A stretch of DNA of 64,000 nt from an uncultured Acidobacteriota bacterium (GTDB lineage: Bacteria; Acidobacteriota; Thermoanaerobaculia; UBA5066): assembly GCA_963779415.1 (NCBI GenBank), contig CAVZYA010000001.1:1216001-1280000 (forward strand), read 5' to 3'. Below the pieces are notes generated by a model. It had not been told where the DNA came from, made no database searches, and saw only the letters and a program-made list of their open reading frames with translations. This document shows positions 50,692 through 61,331 of this stretch, piece by piece (position 1 is the stretch's first letter; each line of letters begins with the position of its first letter). The translations under genes and the position numbers were made by a program.

Positions 50692-52149
50692 TTACTTCAG
50701 AAGGCAGCTCTGCGCGAACCGGACGAACGGCTGGGGAAGGACACCCATCGCGAGCGTTCCGGCCACGCAGACGGCGATCGCCGCGCTCACCGCCGGCTCC
50801 TCGCGCCAGCGCAGTTCCCCGTCCCCTTCCACGAGATACATCGCCCGTGCGATCCGGAAGTAGTAGAAGAGCGAGACCGCCGACATCAGCACCGCGAGAA
50901 GCGTCAGCCAGAACCAGCCCGCCTTCATGGCCGCCGAGAAGAGGAAGTACTTCCCGACGAAGCCCGCCGTCGGCGGGATCCCGGCCAGCGAGAGAAGGAA
51001 GAGGATCATCGCCGCGGCCGCCCACGGGTTCTTCTTCGAAAGGCCGTTGAAGTCGTCCACGGTCTCCGTCGCGTATCCCTTCGACTCGAGGAGGATCACG
51101 AGGCCGAAGGCCCCGAGATTCATCAGCGTGTAGGCGAAGAGGTAGACGAGGATGGCCCAGAGCCCGAAGTCGGTCCCGTAGGCGAGGAGGCCGAGCAGGG
51201 CGTACCCGGCATGGCTGATGGAGGAGTAGCCGAGCAGGCGCTTCACGTTCGTCTGCATCAGCGCGCCGACGTTTCCGACGACCATCGTCAGCGCCGCCGA
51301 CGCGGCGATCACGGGGCTCCAGTCCCCCAGGCCCGGGCCGAAGCCGCCGAAGAAGATCCGGGCGAAGATGGCGTAGGCCGCGACCTTCGGGGCGACCGAG
51401 AAGAAGGCCGTCACCGGCGTCGGCGCCCCTTCGTAGACGTCCGGCGCCCAGACGTGGAACGGGGCCGAGGCGATCTTGAAGAGGAGGCCGCACGCGACGA
51501 GGATCACGCCGACGACGAGGAGGGTGGTCGGCGTCCCCCTCGAGAAGGCGGCCGCCACCTCGGCGAGCGCGAGAGAGCCGGCCGCCCCGTAGACGAGCGA
51601 CAGCCCGTAGAGGAGGACGCCCGAGGAGAACGCGCCGAGGACGAAGTACTTCGCCGCCGCCTCGAGCGATTTCGACTCCCGCTTGAAATAGCCGGCGAGG
51701 ACGTACTGCGCGAGGGCCATCGTCTCGAGCGCGATGTAGATCGAGACGAGATGGATGCCCGACGCCATGAAGAGCATGCCGACGGTCGAGAAGAGGATCA
51801 GCCCGTAGTACTCCCCTCCCGGATACGGCGAGGTCCCGACGAACTTCAGCGAGAAGAGGATCGTCACGGCGGACGCGAGGAGGATGAGGACCTTGAAAAA
51901 GAGGCTGAACCGATCGAGGGAGAACATCCCCGCGCAGACCGTCCGGGGGAGCGGGCCCGCCATCTCCGAGGAGACGAAGACGAGGACGAGGGTGACGGCG
52001 AGCGTCACCAGGGAGAGGCGCGCAATGAGCCCTTCCTTCTCCCGCGGCAGCACGGACGCCCAGACGAGGAGGATGAGCGACGCCTGCGTCAGGAACAGCT
52101 CCGGCAGGAGCGCCCAGAGGTCCGAAAGCGGGAAGGGGAAGCTTCCCAC
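50692..52149 (-). CDS. nuoN: NADH-quinone oxidoreductase subunit N
   Basis: EAAAKYF, FKIASAPFHVWAPDVYEGAP, KRLLGYSSISHAG. Confidence 0.96.
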   Translation of the reverse strand: MGSFPFPLSDLWALLPELFLTQASLILLVWASVLPREKEGLIARLSLVTLAVTLVLVFVSSEMAGPLPRTVCAGMFSLDRFSLFFKVLILLASAVTILFSLKFVGTSPYPGGEYYGLILFSTVGMLFMASGIHLVSIYIALETMALAQYVLAGYFKRESKSLEAAAKYFVLGAFSSGVLLYGLSLVYGAAGSLALAEVAAAFSRGTPTTLLVVGVILVACGLLFKIASAPFHVWAPDVYEGAPTPVTAFFSVAPKVAAYAIFARIFFGGFGPGLGDWSPVIAASAALTMVVGNVGALMQTNVKRLLGYSSISHAGYALLGLLAYGTDFGLWAILVYLFAYTLMNLGAFGLVILLESKGYATETVDDFNGLSKKNPWAAAAMILFLLSLAGIPPTAGFVGKYFLFSAAMKAGWFWLTLLAVLMSAVSLFYYFRIARAMYLVEGDGELRWREEPAVSAAIAVCVAGTLAMGVLPQPFVRFAQSCLLK

Positions 52150-52152
52150 GAT

Positions 52153-53778
52153 CTATTTCTCCGTCACCGCCGCCGCCGGGACCACGGCGGCCGGCACGGC
52201 AGCCGCCGACGCCGCCGGAGCCGAGGGGGCCGGTGCGACGTTCGCGGGAGCGGTGGCCGCCGCCGAGGCGGCAAGCGTCGTCACGATCTTCCCGGTCGAC
52301 TTGGCCGTCATCTCGAAGAACGGCTTCGGGTAGAGGCCGATCCAGAAGCAGATCGCGATGAGCGGCACGATCGTGAGGATCTCGCGGACGTTCACGTCCT
52401 CGAGAGCCTTGTTCTCCTCGTTCTTCATCTCGCCGAAGAAGACACGCTGGTAGAGCCAGAGCATGTAGGCGGCCCCGAGGACGATTCCGAGCGCGCCGAC
52501 CGCGGCCCAGCGCCAGTTCGTCAGGAAGGCCCCCTGCAGGATCGTGAACTCGCCGATGAACCCGTTCAGCGTCGGCAGGCCGATCGAGGCGAGGAGGATG
52601 ACCATGAAGAGCGTCGCGTAGACCGGCATGACGCCCGAGAGCCCCCCGTACTCGGAGATGAGGCGGGTGTGCCGGCGCTCGTAGACGATCCCGACGAGAA
52701 GGAACAAGCCTCCGGTCGAGAGGCCGTGGTTGATCGACTGGAGCATCCCGCCCTGCAGTCCGGCGTGGTTCAGCGCGAAGAATCCGAGCATGACGTAGCC
52801 GAGGTGCGCGACGGACGAGTACGCGACGAGCTTCTTCATGTCCGGCTGCACCATCGCGACGAGCGAGCCGTAGACGATGCCGACGAGCGCGAGGCCGACG
52901 ACGGAGGCCTGGACCCAGCCCGTCTGCGACGCTGCCGGGAAGATCGGAAGCGAGAAGCGGAGGAAACCGTACGTCCCCATTTTCAGGAGGACGCCGGCGA
53001 GGATCACGGAGCCGGCGGTGGGCGCCTCGACGTGGGCGTCCGGAAGCCACGTATGGAAGGGGAACATCGGGACCTTGATCGCGAAGCCGATGAAGAAGGC
53101 CCAGAAGAGCCAGATCTGGAGGTCCGCCGGGATCTGCGTCGCGATCGCGTGGTAGTGGAGGATGTCGAACGTCGGGGCATTCCCGAGTCCACGCCACCAA
53201 AGCAGGCCGGTCGTGTTGAAGAAGTAGAGGGCGATGATCGCGAGAAGCATGACGACCGACCCGACGAGGGTGTAGAGGAAGAACTTGATGGCCGCGTAAA
53301 GCTTGCGCGGGCCGCCCCAGATGCCGATCAGGAAGTACATCGGGACGAGCATCACTTCCCAGAAGACGTAGAAGAGGAAGAAGTCGAGGGCGCAGAAGAC
53401 GCCCACCATTCCGGCCTCGAGCAGGAGGAGGAACGCGTAGTACTCCTTCTCGCGCTTCGTGATGGCCGTGAAGCTCGAGTAGACCGAGATGAAGGTCAGG
53501 AGCGTCGTCAGAAGGATCAGGAGCGCGGCGATGCCGTCCACCCCGAGCGAGTAGCGCGCGCCGAGAGACGGAATCCACTCGAAGTTCTCCCGGAAGAAGA
53601 AGTCGCCGGACCTGCGGAACCCCTCCTCCATCCAGAGCGGGAGCGAGACGACGAACTCGGCCCCCGCGATGGCCGTCGTCACGTACATGATCGCCTTCGT
53701 CTTCTCCCGCGGGAAGAAGAGGAGCACGAGGGCCCCGGCGACCGGCAGGAAGATCAGGAGCGAGAGAAGTCCGTTCAT
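52153..53778 (-). CDS. nuoM: NADH-quinone oxidoreductase subunit M
   Basis: FYVFWE, KVPMFPFHTWLPDAHVEAPT, LLKMGTYG. Confidence 0.96.
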   Translation of the reverse strand: MNGLLSLLIFLPVAGALVLLFFPREKTKAIMYVTTAIAGAEFVVSLPLWMEEGFRRSGDFFFRENFEWIPSLGARYSLGVDGIAALLILLTTLLTFISVYSSFTAITKREKEYYAFLLLLEAGMVGVFCALDFFLFYVFWEVMLVPMYFLIGIWGGPRKLYAAIKFFLYTLVGSVVMLLAIIALYFFNTTGLLWWRGLGNAPTFDILHYHAIATQIPADLQIWLFWAFFIGFAIKVPMFPFHTWLPDAHVEAPTAGSVILAGVLLKMGTYGFLRFSLPIFPAASQTGWVQASVVGLALVGIVYGSLVAMVQPDMKKLVAYSSVAHLGYVMLGFFALNHAGLQGGMLQSINHGLSTGGLFLLVGIVYERRHTRLISEYGGLSGVMPVYATLFMVILLASIGLPTLNGFIGEFTILQGAFLTNWRWAAVGALGIVLGAAYMLWLYQRVFFGEMKNEENKALEDVNVREILTIVPLIAICFWIGLYPKPFFEMTAKSTGKIVTTLAASAAATAPANVAPAPSAPAASAAAVPAAVVPAAAVTEK

Positions 53779-53791
53779 GCCGCGTCCTTGC

Positions 53792-56053
53792 TCATCTCAG
53801 GATGATCCAGAGGCAGACGGCGCCGAAGACGCCGACGGCCATCGTGAGCGCGTAGTTTTCGGTCCGGCCGGTCTGGACGCGGCGGTAGCCGCGCCACGCC
53901 GCCTGCAGCGTCTCCGCGACGCCGTTCACGGCGCCGTCCACGAAGGCGAGGTCGAACCAGGAGGATATCCTCGAGATCTGGACGGTGAGCCAGCTCGTCC
54001 CGTTGACACCGACGCCGTCCACGACGCGGGCGTCCACCTCCCAGAGGAGCCGGCCGAGCCCCTTGCCCATCCCCTCCACGACGACCTTCTCGTAGAACTC
54101 GTCGACGTAGTACTTGTCGCGGATCCACCGGTAGAGGCGCGGGAAGGCCGCGGCCACCTGCTCGGGCATCGCGAACGGATAGGGTCCGCTGAAGAAGCGC
54201 CAGGCGAGCGCGATCCCCGCGAAGGCGACGAGGACCGAAGCGCCCATCAGGCTCCATTCGGTCCCGGCGGCAAGGGGGTGCAGACGGGGCATCCAGTCGG
54301 CCGGGAGCGCCGGCATCGCGGGCTCGAGGAACCTCTCGACCGCGTTCTCGTGCCCCAGCATGAAGGAGGGGATCCCGAACCACCCGACGACGAGCGAGCC
54401 GGCCGCGAGGACCCAGAGCGGAATCGTCATCGACGGGGGCGACTCGTGGACGTGCCGGAGCTGTTCCGGCGTTCCCCGGAACGTCCCCCAGAACGTCATC
54501 CGCATCAGGCGGAACATGTAGAAGGCGGTCATGCCGGCCGTCAGGACCGCGAAGGCCCAGAGGACCGTGTGCCCCTCGGCGAACGTCTCGGCGAGGATGG
54601 CGTCCTTCGAGAAGAACCCGGCGAGGCCCGGTACGCCCGCGATCGCGAGGGTCGCGACGAACATCGTCACGAAGGTGTGGGGAATCAGCTTCCGGAGCCC
54701 CCCCATCTTCGTCATGTCCTGCTCGCCGCCGAGGGCGTGGATCACGGAGCCCGAGCCGAGGAAGAGGCAGGCCTTGAACCAGGCGTGCGTGAAGACGTGG
54801 AACATCCCCCCCGAGAACGCGAGGACGCCGCAGCCGAGGAACATGTAGCCGAGCTGCGAGACCGTCGAGTAGGCGAGGACTTTCTTGATGTCGGTCTGGG
54901 CGAGGCCCATCGTCGCCGCGACGAACGCCGTCGCGCAGCCGACGACCGCGACGACGAAGGACGCGTCGTGCGTCAGGAGGCCCCACGCCGTCGCCCCCTC
55001 CCCCAGCGTCCGGAGCGCCCACTCGTGGGAGATCCGGTAGAAGACGTTGCAGCGCGCCACCATGTAGACGCCCGCCGTCACCATCGTCGCCGCGTGGATG
55101 AGGGCGGAGACCGGCGTCGGGCCCGCCATGGCGTCCGGCAGCCAGACGTAGAGCGGGATCTGCGCGCTCTTGCCGCAGGCGCCGATGAAGAGCGCGATGG
55201 CGACGGCCGTCATCAGCCCGCCGGCCCCGTAGACGGCCGGGTTCTTCGACGCGGCGTCGAACATGGCGCCGAAGTCGGTCGTCCCGAAGAGCGCCGCGCA
55301 GCCGAAGATGCCGAGCATGAAGCCGAGGTCGCCGATCCGGTTGACGACGAACGCCTTCTTCCCCGCGTCCGCGGCGAAGTCCTTGTCCCAGAAGTAGCCG
55401 ATCAGGAGGTACGAGCAGAGGCCGACGCCCTCCCACCCGACGAAGAGAATCGGGAGGTTCGCGCCGAGGACGAGCGTCAGCATCGCGAACATGAAGAGGT
55501 TCAGGTACGAGAAGTAGCGCCCATAGCCCGCGTCGTGCCCCATGTAGCCGACCGAGTACAGGTGGATCAGGGACCCGACGAGGGTGACGAAGAAGAGCAT
55601 CAGCGCCGAGAGGGCGTCGAGACGGAACGCGACGTCGATCGAGAGCGTCTTCATCCCGAACCAGGTCGGGTTCGAGCCGAGCGGCACCCAGGTCCAGAGG
55701 GTGGCCACGAGCGCCTCCTCTCCGTGCGTCTCGGCCCACCAGGAGCCGATGGCGAGGAGCGCGAAGAGGAAGGAGAGGCCGCAGGCGAGCGGGCCGACGA
55801 CGGAGTAGAGCGCCGAATAGGGGATCGCCGCGTGGCCCCCCTCCCCGTGGCCTCCGTGGGAGCCGTGGCTGCCGTGCGACGCGGGAGCATGGGCAGCGCC
55901 GGGATCGGCTCCGTGAGAGGCGGCGCCGTGGGGCCCCTTCGGAGCGTCCTTCCCGCCGAGCTTCGAATGCGAGAGGAGGTGGACGAGCCCGTTGACGAGG
56001 AACCCGATCAGCGGGAAGACCGGGATCCACGGGAGAAGGGAAAGGGCGCGCAT
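53792..56053 (-). CDS. nuoL: NADH-quinone oxidoreductase subunit L (His-rich insertion)
   Basis: GWEGVG, KSAQIPLYVWLPDAMAGPTPVSALIHAATMVTAG, KKVLAYST. Confidence 0.96.
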   Translation of the reverse strand: MRALSLLPWIPVFPLIGFLVNGLVHLLSHSKLGGKDAPKGPHGAASHGADPGAAHAPASHGSHGSHGGHGEGGHAAIPYSALYSVVGPLACGLSFLFALLAIGSWWAETHGEEALVATLWTWVPLGSNPTWFGMKTLSIDVAFRLDALSALMLFFVTLVGSLIHLYSVGYMGHDAGYGRYFSYLNLFMFAMLTLVLGANLPILFVGWEGVGLCSYLLIGYFWDKDFAADAGKKAFVVNRIGDLGFMLGIFGCAALFGTTDFGAMFDAASKNPAVYGAGGLMTAVAIALFIGACGKSAQIPLYVWLPDAMAGPTPVSALIHAATMVTAGVYMVARCNVFYRISHEWALRTLGEGATAWGLLTHDASFVVAVVGCATAFVAATMGLAQTDIKKVLAYSTVSQLGYMFLGCGVLAFSGGMFHVFTHAWFKACLFLGSGSVIHALGGEQDMTKMGGLRKLIPHTFVTMFVATLAIAGVPGLAGFFSKDAILAETFAEGHTVLWAFAVLTAGMTAFYMFRLMRMTFWGTFRGTPEQLRHVHESPPSMTIPLWVLAAGSLVVGWFGIPSFMLGHENAVERFLEPAMPALPADWMPRLHPLAAGTEWSLMGASVLVAFAGIALAWRFFSGPYPFAMPEQVAAAFPRLYRWIRDKYYVDEFYEKVVVEGMGKGLGRLLWEVDARVVDGVGVNGTSWLTVQISRISSWFDLAFVDGAVNGVAETLQAAWRGYRRVQTGRTENYALTMAVGVFGAVCLWIILR

Positions 56054-56060
56054 CAGGCCT

Positions 56061-56363
56061 TCATCCCTTCATCTCGGCCGCGTCATCGAGGTTGACGGAG
56101 CCCTTGAGCCGGTAGAGGGAGATGATGATCGCGAGGCCGATGGCCGCCTCCCCCGCCGCCACCGCGATGATGAAGACGACGAAGACCTGCCCCGCGAGGT
56201 CTCCGAGCTGCCGGGAGAACGCGACGAGGTTCAGGTTCACGGCGTTCAGCATCAGCTCGATGGACATCAGGACGGTCAGGAGGTTCCGCCGGACGAGGAC
56301 GCCGACGACCCCGAGGATGAAGAGGAGGAACGAGAGGGCGAGGTAGTGGGTCAGGGGGACCAT
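56061..56363 (-). CDS. nuoK: NADH-quinone oxidoreductase subunit K
   Basis: [24 protein letters not shown]. Confidence 0.96.
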   Translation of the reverse strand: MVPLTHYLALSFLLFILGVVGVLVRRNLLTVLMSIELMLNAVNLNLVAFSRQLGDLAGQVFVVFIIAVAAGEAAIGLAIIISLYRLKGSVNLDDAAEMKG

Positions 56364-56914
56364 CAGTCCACCTTCTCCATCGTCCGCTTGCCGAGGACGA
56401 CGGCGCCGATCATCGCCACGAGGAGAAAGACCGAGGCGACCTCGAACGGAAGCGCGTAGTCGCGGTAGAGGAGCCAGCCGACCGCCTCGCTGTTCCCCGC
56501 CGCCCGGCCCCCGGCCAGAACGAGGCGCGCCGGGTCGGCGGCCCCGGCCACGTCGAAGCCGCTCATCCGCTTCGCCGCCCCGACGAGGAACCCGCCGACG
56601 ACGGCGTAGAACGCGATGCCGACGAGAACCGCGACGCCCGCCTGCCGGTGGAGGAAGCGCTCGGCCTCCTGGCGCCTCACGTTGACGAGCATGATCGTGA
56701 AGAGGAAGAGGACCATGATCCCGCCCGCGTAGACGAGGATCTGGACCGCCGCGAGGAACTCGGCCCGCGAGAGGACGAAGAGGCCCGCGATCGCGACGAA
56801 GGAGAGAAGAAGGAAGAGCGCCGAGTGGACCGGCTGCCGCATGACGACGACGCCGACGGCGCCGATCACGACGACGGATGCGAGGGCCCAGAAGATGACG
56901 AGCGCGGGGGTCAC
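56363..56914 (-). CDS. nuoJ: NADH-quinone oxidoreductase subunit J
   Basis: [37 protein letters not shown]. Confidence 0.95.
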   Translation of the reverse strand: MTPALVIFWALASVVVIGAVGVVVMRQPVHSALFLLLSFVAIAGLFVLSRAEFLAAVQILVYAGGIMVLFLFTIMLVNVRRQEAERFLHRQAGVAVLVGIAFYAVVGGFLVGAAKRMSGFDVAGAADPARLVLAGGRAAGNSEAVGWLLYRDYALPFEVASVFLLVAMIGAVVLGKRTMEKVD

Positions 56915-57396
56915 GGCTTTTTCTCCTCCTCCCCCGGCGCCGGCGGGATCGTGACGCCCTTCTGGACGTCCCACTGCGTCAGCTTGACGATGTCGAGGTA
57001 GAGCGCTTCGTTCCGCTCGTAGGCGCCCAGCTCGTACGTCTTCGTCTTCAGCCAGATCGACTTCGGGTTCGTCGGGCACGCGTCCTCGCAGAGGCCGCAG
57101 AACATGCAGCGCTTCAGGTCGAGGTCGAAGCGGTCGAGGACCTTCTCCGCCTTCCCTTCCGGGTTCTTCTCGTTGTGCCAGTCGATGAAGATGATGTTGA
57201 TGGGGCACTCGATCGCGCAGAGCGTGCACTTGATGCAGCGCTCCTCGTCGAGCTTGAACATCCCGCGGAAGCGGTCGCTCGCCTCGCGCCGCGCCTCCGG
57301 GTAGGGGACGGTGTCCTTCCTCCGCCACCAGTGGCGTCCCGTGATCTTCAGCCCCGTGAAGATGTCGAAGAGGAGGATCCGGTCGAGAAGGCCCAT
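56911..57396 (-). CDS. nuoI: NADH-quinone oxidoreductase subunit I
   Basis: [12 protein letters not shown] and [12 protein letters not shown] 2x[4Fe-4S] motifs. Confidence 0.95.
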   Translation of the reverse strand: MGLLDRILLFDIFTGLKITGRHWWRRKDTVPYPEARREASDRFRGMFKLDEERCIKCTLCAIECPINIIFIDWHNEKNPEGKAEKVLDRFDLDLKRCMFCGLCEDACPTNPKSIWLKTKTYELGAYERNEALYLDIVKLTQWDVQKGVTIPPAPGEEEKKP

Positions 57397-57398
57397 CG

Positions 57399-58556
57399 TC
57401 ACGCCCCTTCCGCCAGGACCGTCCGCCGCGTCGGCGTCGCCCGGGAGAGGACGACGAAGCCGCCGACGACCGCCACCCAGAGGACGACCGAGAGCACCTT
57501 GAGCCCCGGGAGCCCCCAGAGCGCCGCGAAGGCGACGAGGACGACGTTGCCGATCGAGAGCGGGATCAGGACCTTCCACCCGAGCGCCATCAGCTGGTCG
57601 AACCGGTATCGCGGGAAGGTCCCGCGGAACCAGATGTAGACGAAGAGGAAGACCGAGACCTTGAGGAGGAACCAGACGATCCCCGGGACGAAGTCGAGGA
57701 ACGAGAGCCACGAGACGTTCGGGAAGGGGCGGAGCCACCCGCCGAAGAAGAGCGTCGTGGCGATCGCCGAGATCGTGATCATGTTCGCGTACTCGGAGAG
57801 GAAGAAGACGGCCCAGCGGAAGCCCGAGTACTCGGTATGGAAGCCGGCGACCAGCTCGCTCTCGGCCTCGGGAAGGTCGAACGGGATCCGGTTCGTCTCG
57901 GCGACACCCGAGACGAAGTAGAGGAAGAAGGCGAGGAGGCCGGGGAAAATGAACCAGAGGTGCGCCGCCTTCTGCGCCTCGACGATCCCGACGAGGGAGA
58001 GCGACCGGGACATCAGGATCGTGGCGACGAGCGCGAAGCCCATCGGGACCTCGTAGCTGATGAGCTGCGCGGCCGACCGGAGCCCCCCCATCAGCGCGTA
58101 CTTCGAGTTGGAGGCCCAGCCGCCGAGGATGATCCCGTAGACGCCGATCGACGTGATCGCGACGAGAAGGAGGAGCCCCACGTTCACGTCGGTGCCGTAC
58201 GGGCCCGTCCGGATCAGGCCGAGGCCCGGAATCCGGAACGTCCCCTCGGGCCCCCATGGAATGAACGCGTAGACGGTCAGCGCCGGGACCATGACGAGGA
58301 TCGGCGCGAGGAAGTGGATCGCGCTCTCGGCGTGCGCCGGGACGACGTCTTCCTTGAAGATCAGCTTCACGACGTCCGCGACCCACTGCAGGGCGCCGTT
58401 CCACCCGACGCGGTTCGGTCCCTGCCGGACCTGGAGCCGCGCGAGGACCCGGCGCTCGATCAGCGTCAGGATGCCGGCCACCGTCGCGACGACGAGGACC
58501 GAGACGACGGCCTTCACGGCCGGGATGACGACGTTGTAGAGGAGGGCCTCGTTCAT
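57399..58556 (-). CDS. nuoH: NADH-quinone oxidoreductase subunit H
   Basis: RQGPNRVG, RSAAQLISYE, ETNRIPFDLPEAESELVAG. Confidence 0.96.
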   Translation of the reverse strand: MNEALLYNVVIPAVKAVVSVLVVATVAGILTLIERRVLARLQVRQGPNRVGWNGALQWVADVVKLIFKEDVVPAHAESAIHFLAPILVMVPALTVYAFIPWGPEGTFRIPGLGLIRTGPYGTDVNVGLLLLVAITSIGVYGIILGGWASNSKYALMGGLRSAAQLISYEVPMGFALVATILMSRSLSLVGIVEAQKAAHLWFIFPGLLAFFLYFVSGVAETNRIPFDLPEAESELVAGFHTEYSGFRWAVFFLSEYANMITISAIATTLFFGGWLRPFPNVSWLSFLDFVPGIVWFLLKVSVFLFVYIWFRGTFPRYRFDQLMALGWKVLIPLSIGNVVLVAFAALWGLPGLKVLSVVLWVAVVGGFVVLSRATPTRRTVLAEGA

Positions 58557-59716
58557 CAGCGGTCCACCTCGCCGAGGACGATGTCTATGGTTCCGATGAT
58601 GGCCACGAGGTCCGCCACGAGGTGCCCCTTCGCCATCTCGGGGAGGGCCTGGAGGTTGATGAAGGACGGGGGGCGGACGCGGAGCCGGTAGGGCTTGTTG
58701 CTCCCGTTCGAGACGAGGTAGAAGCCCAGCTCCCCCTTCGGCGCCTCGACGGCGGCGTAGACGTCCCCGGCGACGGGCTTGATGACCCGGGGGACCTTCC
58801 CGCGGATCTCCCCCTCCGGGTTCTTCGCGAGCCAGTCGCAGCACTGGAGGACGATGCGGCGGCTCTGGCGGAGCTCGGCGACGCGGACGAGGTAGCGGTC
58901 GTACGTGTCCGCGTTCGGGTAGACCGGGATCTCGAAGTCGAGATCCGCGTAGCACTCGTAGGGAATCGCCCGCCGGACGTCCCACTTCACCCCGGCGCCG
59001 CGCAGCGGCGGCCCCGTGACGCCCCACTCGATGCACTGCTCGCCCGTGAGGATGCCGATCCCGATCGTCCGCTGTCTCCAGATCCGGTTCTCGGTCAGGA
59101 GGTCCTCGTACTCGTCGATGTTCTTGTCGAACACCTCGGTGAAGGCGCGGACCCGCTCGATCCAGCCCGGAGGAAGCTCTTCGAGGAGCCCGCCGATCCG
59201 CATGCAGTTGAGCGTCAGCCGCGCGCCGCAGTAGTCCTCGAAGAGGTCGAGGATCACTTCCCGCTCGCGGAACGTGTAGAAGAACGGCGTGATGGCGCCG
59301 AGGTCGATCGCCGCGGTCGCGAGCCAGAGGAGGTGCGAGGAGATCCGCTGCAGCTCGTCGAGGAGGACGCGGATGTATTGCGCCTTCTTCGGCACCTCGA
59401 GCGCGAGGAGCTTCTCGACGGCGAGGCAGTAGGCGTGGTTGTTCGTCGCCGCCGCCACGTAGTCCATCCGGTCCGTGTGCGGGATGACCATCGGGTAGGT
59501 CTCGGTCTCGAAGAGCTTCTCGGTCCCGCGGTGGAGGTAGCCGATGTCCGGACGCGCCGAGACGATCCGCTCGCCGTCCACCTTCAGGACGAGCCGGAGG
59601 ACGCCGTGCGTGGAGGGATGCTGAGGCCCGAAGTTCAGCTCCATCTCGCGCAGGCCGAGCATCGGCTCGCCCGAATCGGGGACGCTTGCGGCGGTTCCGG
59701 GGCGTTCCTCGCTCAC
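58556..59716 (-). CDS. nuoD: NADH-quinone oxidoreductase subunit D
   Basis: NFGPQHPSTHGVLRL, GYLHRGTEK, DIVLGEVDR. Confidence 0.96.
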   Translation of the reverse strand: MSEERPGTAASVPDSGEPMLGLREMELNFGPQHPSTHGVLRLVLKVDGERIVSARPDIGYLHRGTEKLFETETYPMVIPHTDRMDYVAAATNNHAYCLAVEKLLALEVPKKAQYIRVLLDELQRISSHLLWLATAAIDLGAITPFFYTFREREVILDLFEDYCGARLTLNCMRIGGLLEELPPGWIERVRAFTEVFDKNIDEYEDLLTENRIWRQRTIGIGILTGEQCIEWGVTGPPLRGAGVKWDVRRAIPYECYADLDFEIPVYPNADTYDRYLVRVAELRQSRRIVLQCCDWLAKNPEGEIRGKVPRVIKPVAGDVYAAVEAPKGELGFYLVSNGSNKPYRLRVRPPSFINLQALPEMAKGHLVADLVAIIGTIDIVLGEVDR

Positions 59717-60411
59717 GACACGACCTTTCGGTTGGAGTCCTTGCCCGACGGGCCGCCCCCTTCCGGGTACCGGTCCGGGTAGATCGCGGCGCCGGTGTCG
59801 ATCCCCTCCACGGGGAAGTCCTTCCGGAGCGGATGGCCCTGGAAACCGTCCCAGGTCAGGATCCGCCGCAGATCGGGATGGCCGGCGAAGCGGATGCCGA
59901 AGAGGTCCCACACCTCGCGCTCCATCCAGTTCGCCGCAAGGAAGACGCCGCAGGCCGTCGGGCATTCCGCGCCGTCGGCCACGCCCGTCCGGACCCGGAT
60001 CCGGGTGTTCCCCTTCTCGAAGGAGTGGAGCCAGTAGACGACGTCGAACCGCGGCACGCGCGCCTTCCAGTCGACGGCGGTGAGGTCGACGAGATACGTG
60101 TAGGCCTCGCTCCCTTTCAGGTGCCGGAGGACGTCGGGCACCTTTTCGGGCGGGACCTCCACCGTCACCTGCCCCACCAGCTCCTTGGCGGCGAGGACGG
60201 CTCCAGGGAGGGCCGCCGAGAGGCGCTGGACGACGGGGTCGGCCGACGCGTCGTTCGCGGTCGGGCCCTTCGGCTTGGGCGGGGCCGGAGGAGCGGCGGC
60301 CTTTGCGGGCGCCGCCGCGGCGGGCGTGGCTGCGGGCTTCGGGGCCTCCGCGGAGGGCTTCGGGGCCTCGGCCGGAGGAGAAGGCGTCGGAGGCTTCGTC
60401 TCGTCCGTCAC
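59713..60411 (-). CDS. nuoC: NADH-quinone oxidoreductase subunit C (Pro/Ala-rich N-terminal extension)
   Basis: [30 protein letters not shown]. Confidence 0.94.
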   Translation of the reverse strand: MTDETKPPTPSPPAEAPKPSAEAPKPAATPAAAAPAKAAAPPAPPKPKGPTANDASADPVVQRLSAALPGAVLAAKELVGQVTVEVPPEKVPDVLRHLKGSEAYTYLVDLTAVDWKARVPRFDVVYWLHSFEKGNTRIRVRTGVADGAECPTACGVFLAANWMEREVWDLFGIRFAGHPDLRRILTWDGFQGHPLRKDFPVEGIDTGAAIYPDRYPEGGGPSGKDSNRKVVS

Positions 60412-60905
60412 GCGCTCTCCGTTCCCTCTTTCCGGAGGACCTTCATCTTCTGGATCTTCTTCTGCAGCTCCATGAGCCCGTACAGGAGCGCCTCCGGGCG
60501 CGGCGGGCAGCCGGGGACGTAGACGTCCACCGGGATGATCCGGTCGACCCCCTGCGTCACGGCGTAGCTGCGGTAGGGGCCGCCGCACATGGCGCAGGAC
60601 CCCATCGCGATGACCCACTTCGGGTCGGCCATCTGGTCGTAGAGGCGCTTGATGATCGGCGCCATCTTCTCGGTCACGGTGCCGGCCACGAGCATCAGGT
60701 CGCACTGCCGCGGCGAGCCGCGAAAGACCTCGGCGCCGAAGCGCGCCATGTCGTGGCGGCTGTCGACGACGGCCATCATCTCGATCGCGCAGCAGGCGAG
60801 GCCGAACTGCATCGGCCAGAGCGAGTTCTTCCGCCCCCAGCTGATGACGGCGTCGACCGTCGTCGTGATGACGTTGTCCGGGAGGGAGTTCTCGATCAGG
60901 CCCAC
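60408..60905 (-). CDS. nuoB: NADH-quinone oxidoreductase subunit B
   Basis: [25 protein letters not shown]. Confidence 0.96.
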   Translation of the reverse strand: MGLIENSLPDNVITTTVDAVISWGRKNSLWPMQFGLACCAIEMMAVVDSRHDMARFGAEVFRGSPRQCDLMLVAGTVTEKMAPIIKRLYDQMADPKWVIAMGSCAMCGGPYRSYAVTQGVDRIIPVDVYVPGCPPRPEALLYGLMELQKKIQKMKVLRKEGTESA

Positions 60906-61270
60906 GTCAACGCGCCTCTCTTCCAGACGTAGACGTACCCGATCAGGAGGATGTAGATGAAGACGAGCATCTCCACGAGGCCGAAGACGAGGAGCCGGTG
61001 GTACATGACCGCCCACGGGAAGAGGAAAACGGTCTCCACGTCGAAGACGACGAAGAGGACGGCGATCAGGTAATACCGGACCGAGAATCGGTGGTCGAAC
61101 GCCTCGGTCGTCGCCGCGACGCCGCATTCGTACGGCGCGAGCTTCGTCGCATTCGGACGAGACGGCCGGAAAAGCGCCATCAGGACGAGGAGGACGACGG
61201 GAAGAGCCCCCGCCACGAGGGCGAAGTAGAACACCGGCAGATATGCCGCCATGTCAGGCGCCTGGGACAC
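60896..61270 (-). CDS. nuoA: NADH-quinone oxidoreductase subunit A
   Basis: [28 protein letters not shown]. Confidence 0.96.
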   Translation of the reverse strand: MSQAPDMAAYLPVFYFALVAGALPVVLLVLMALFRPSRPNATKLAPYECGVAATTEAFDHRFSVRYYLIAVLFVVFDVETVFLFPWAVMYHRLLVFGLVEMLVFIYILLIGYVYVWKRGALTWA

Positions 61271-61331
61271 ACGCCCCCCTTTGGATCACGAGCCGGCCTG
61301 TCTGGCCGCCCTCAGGCTCACAACGCGCGGG

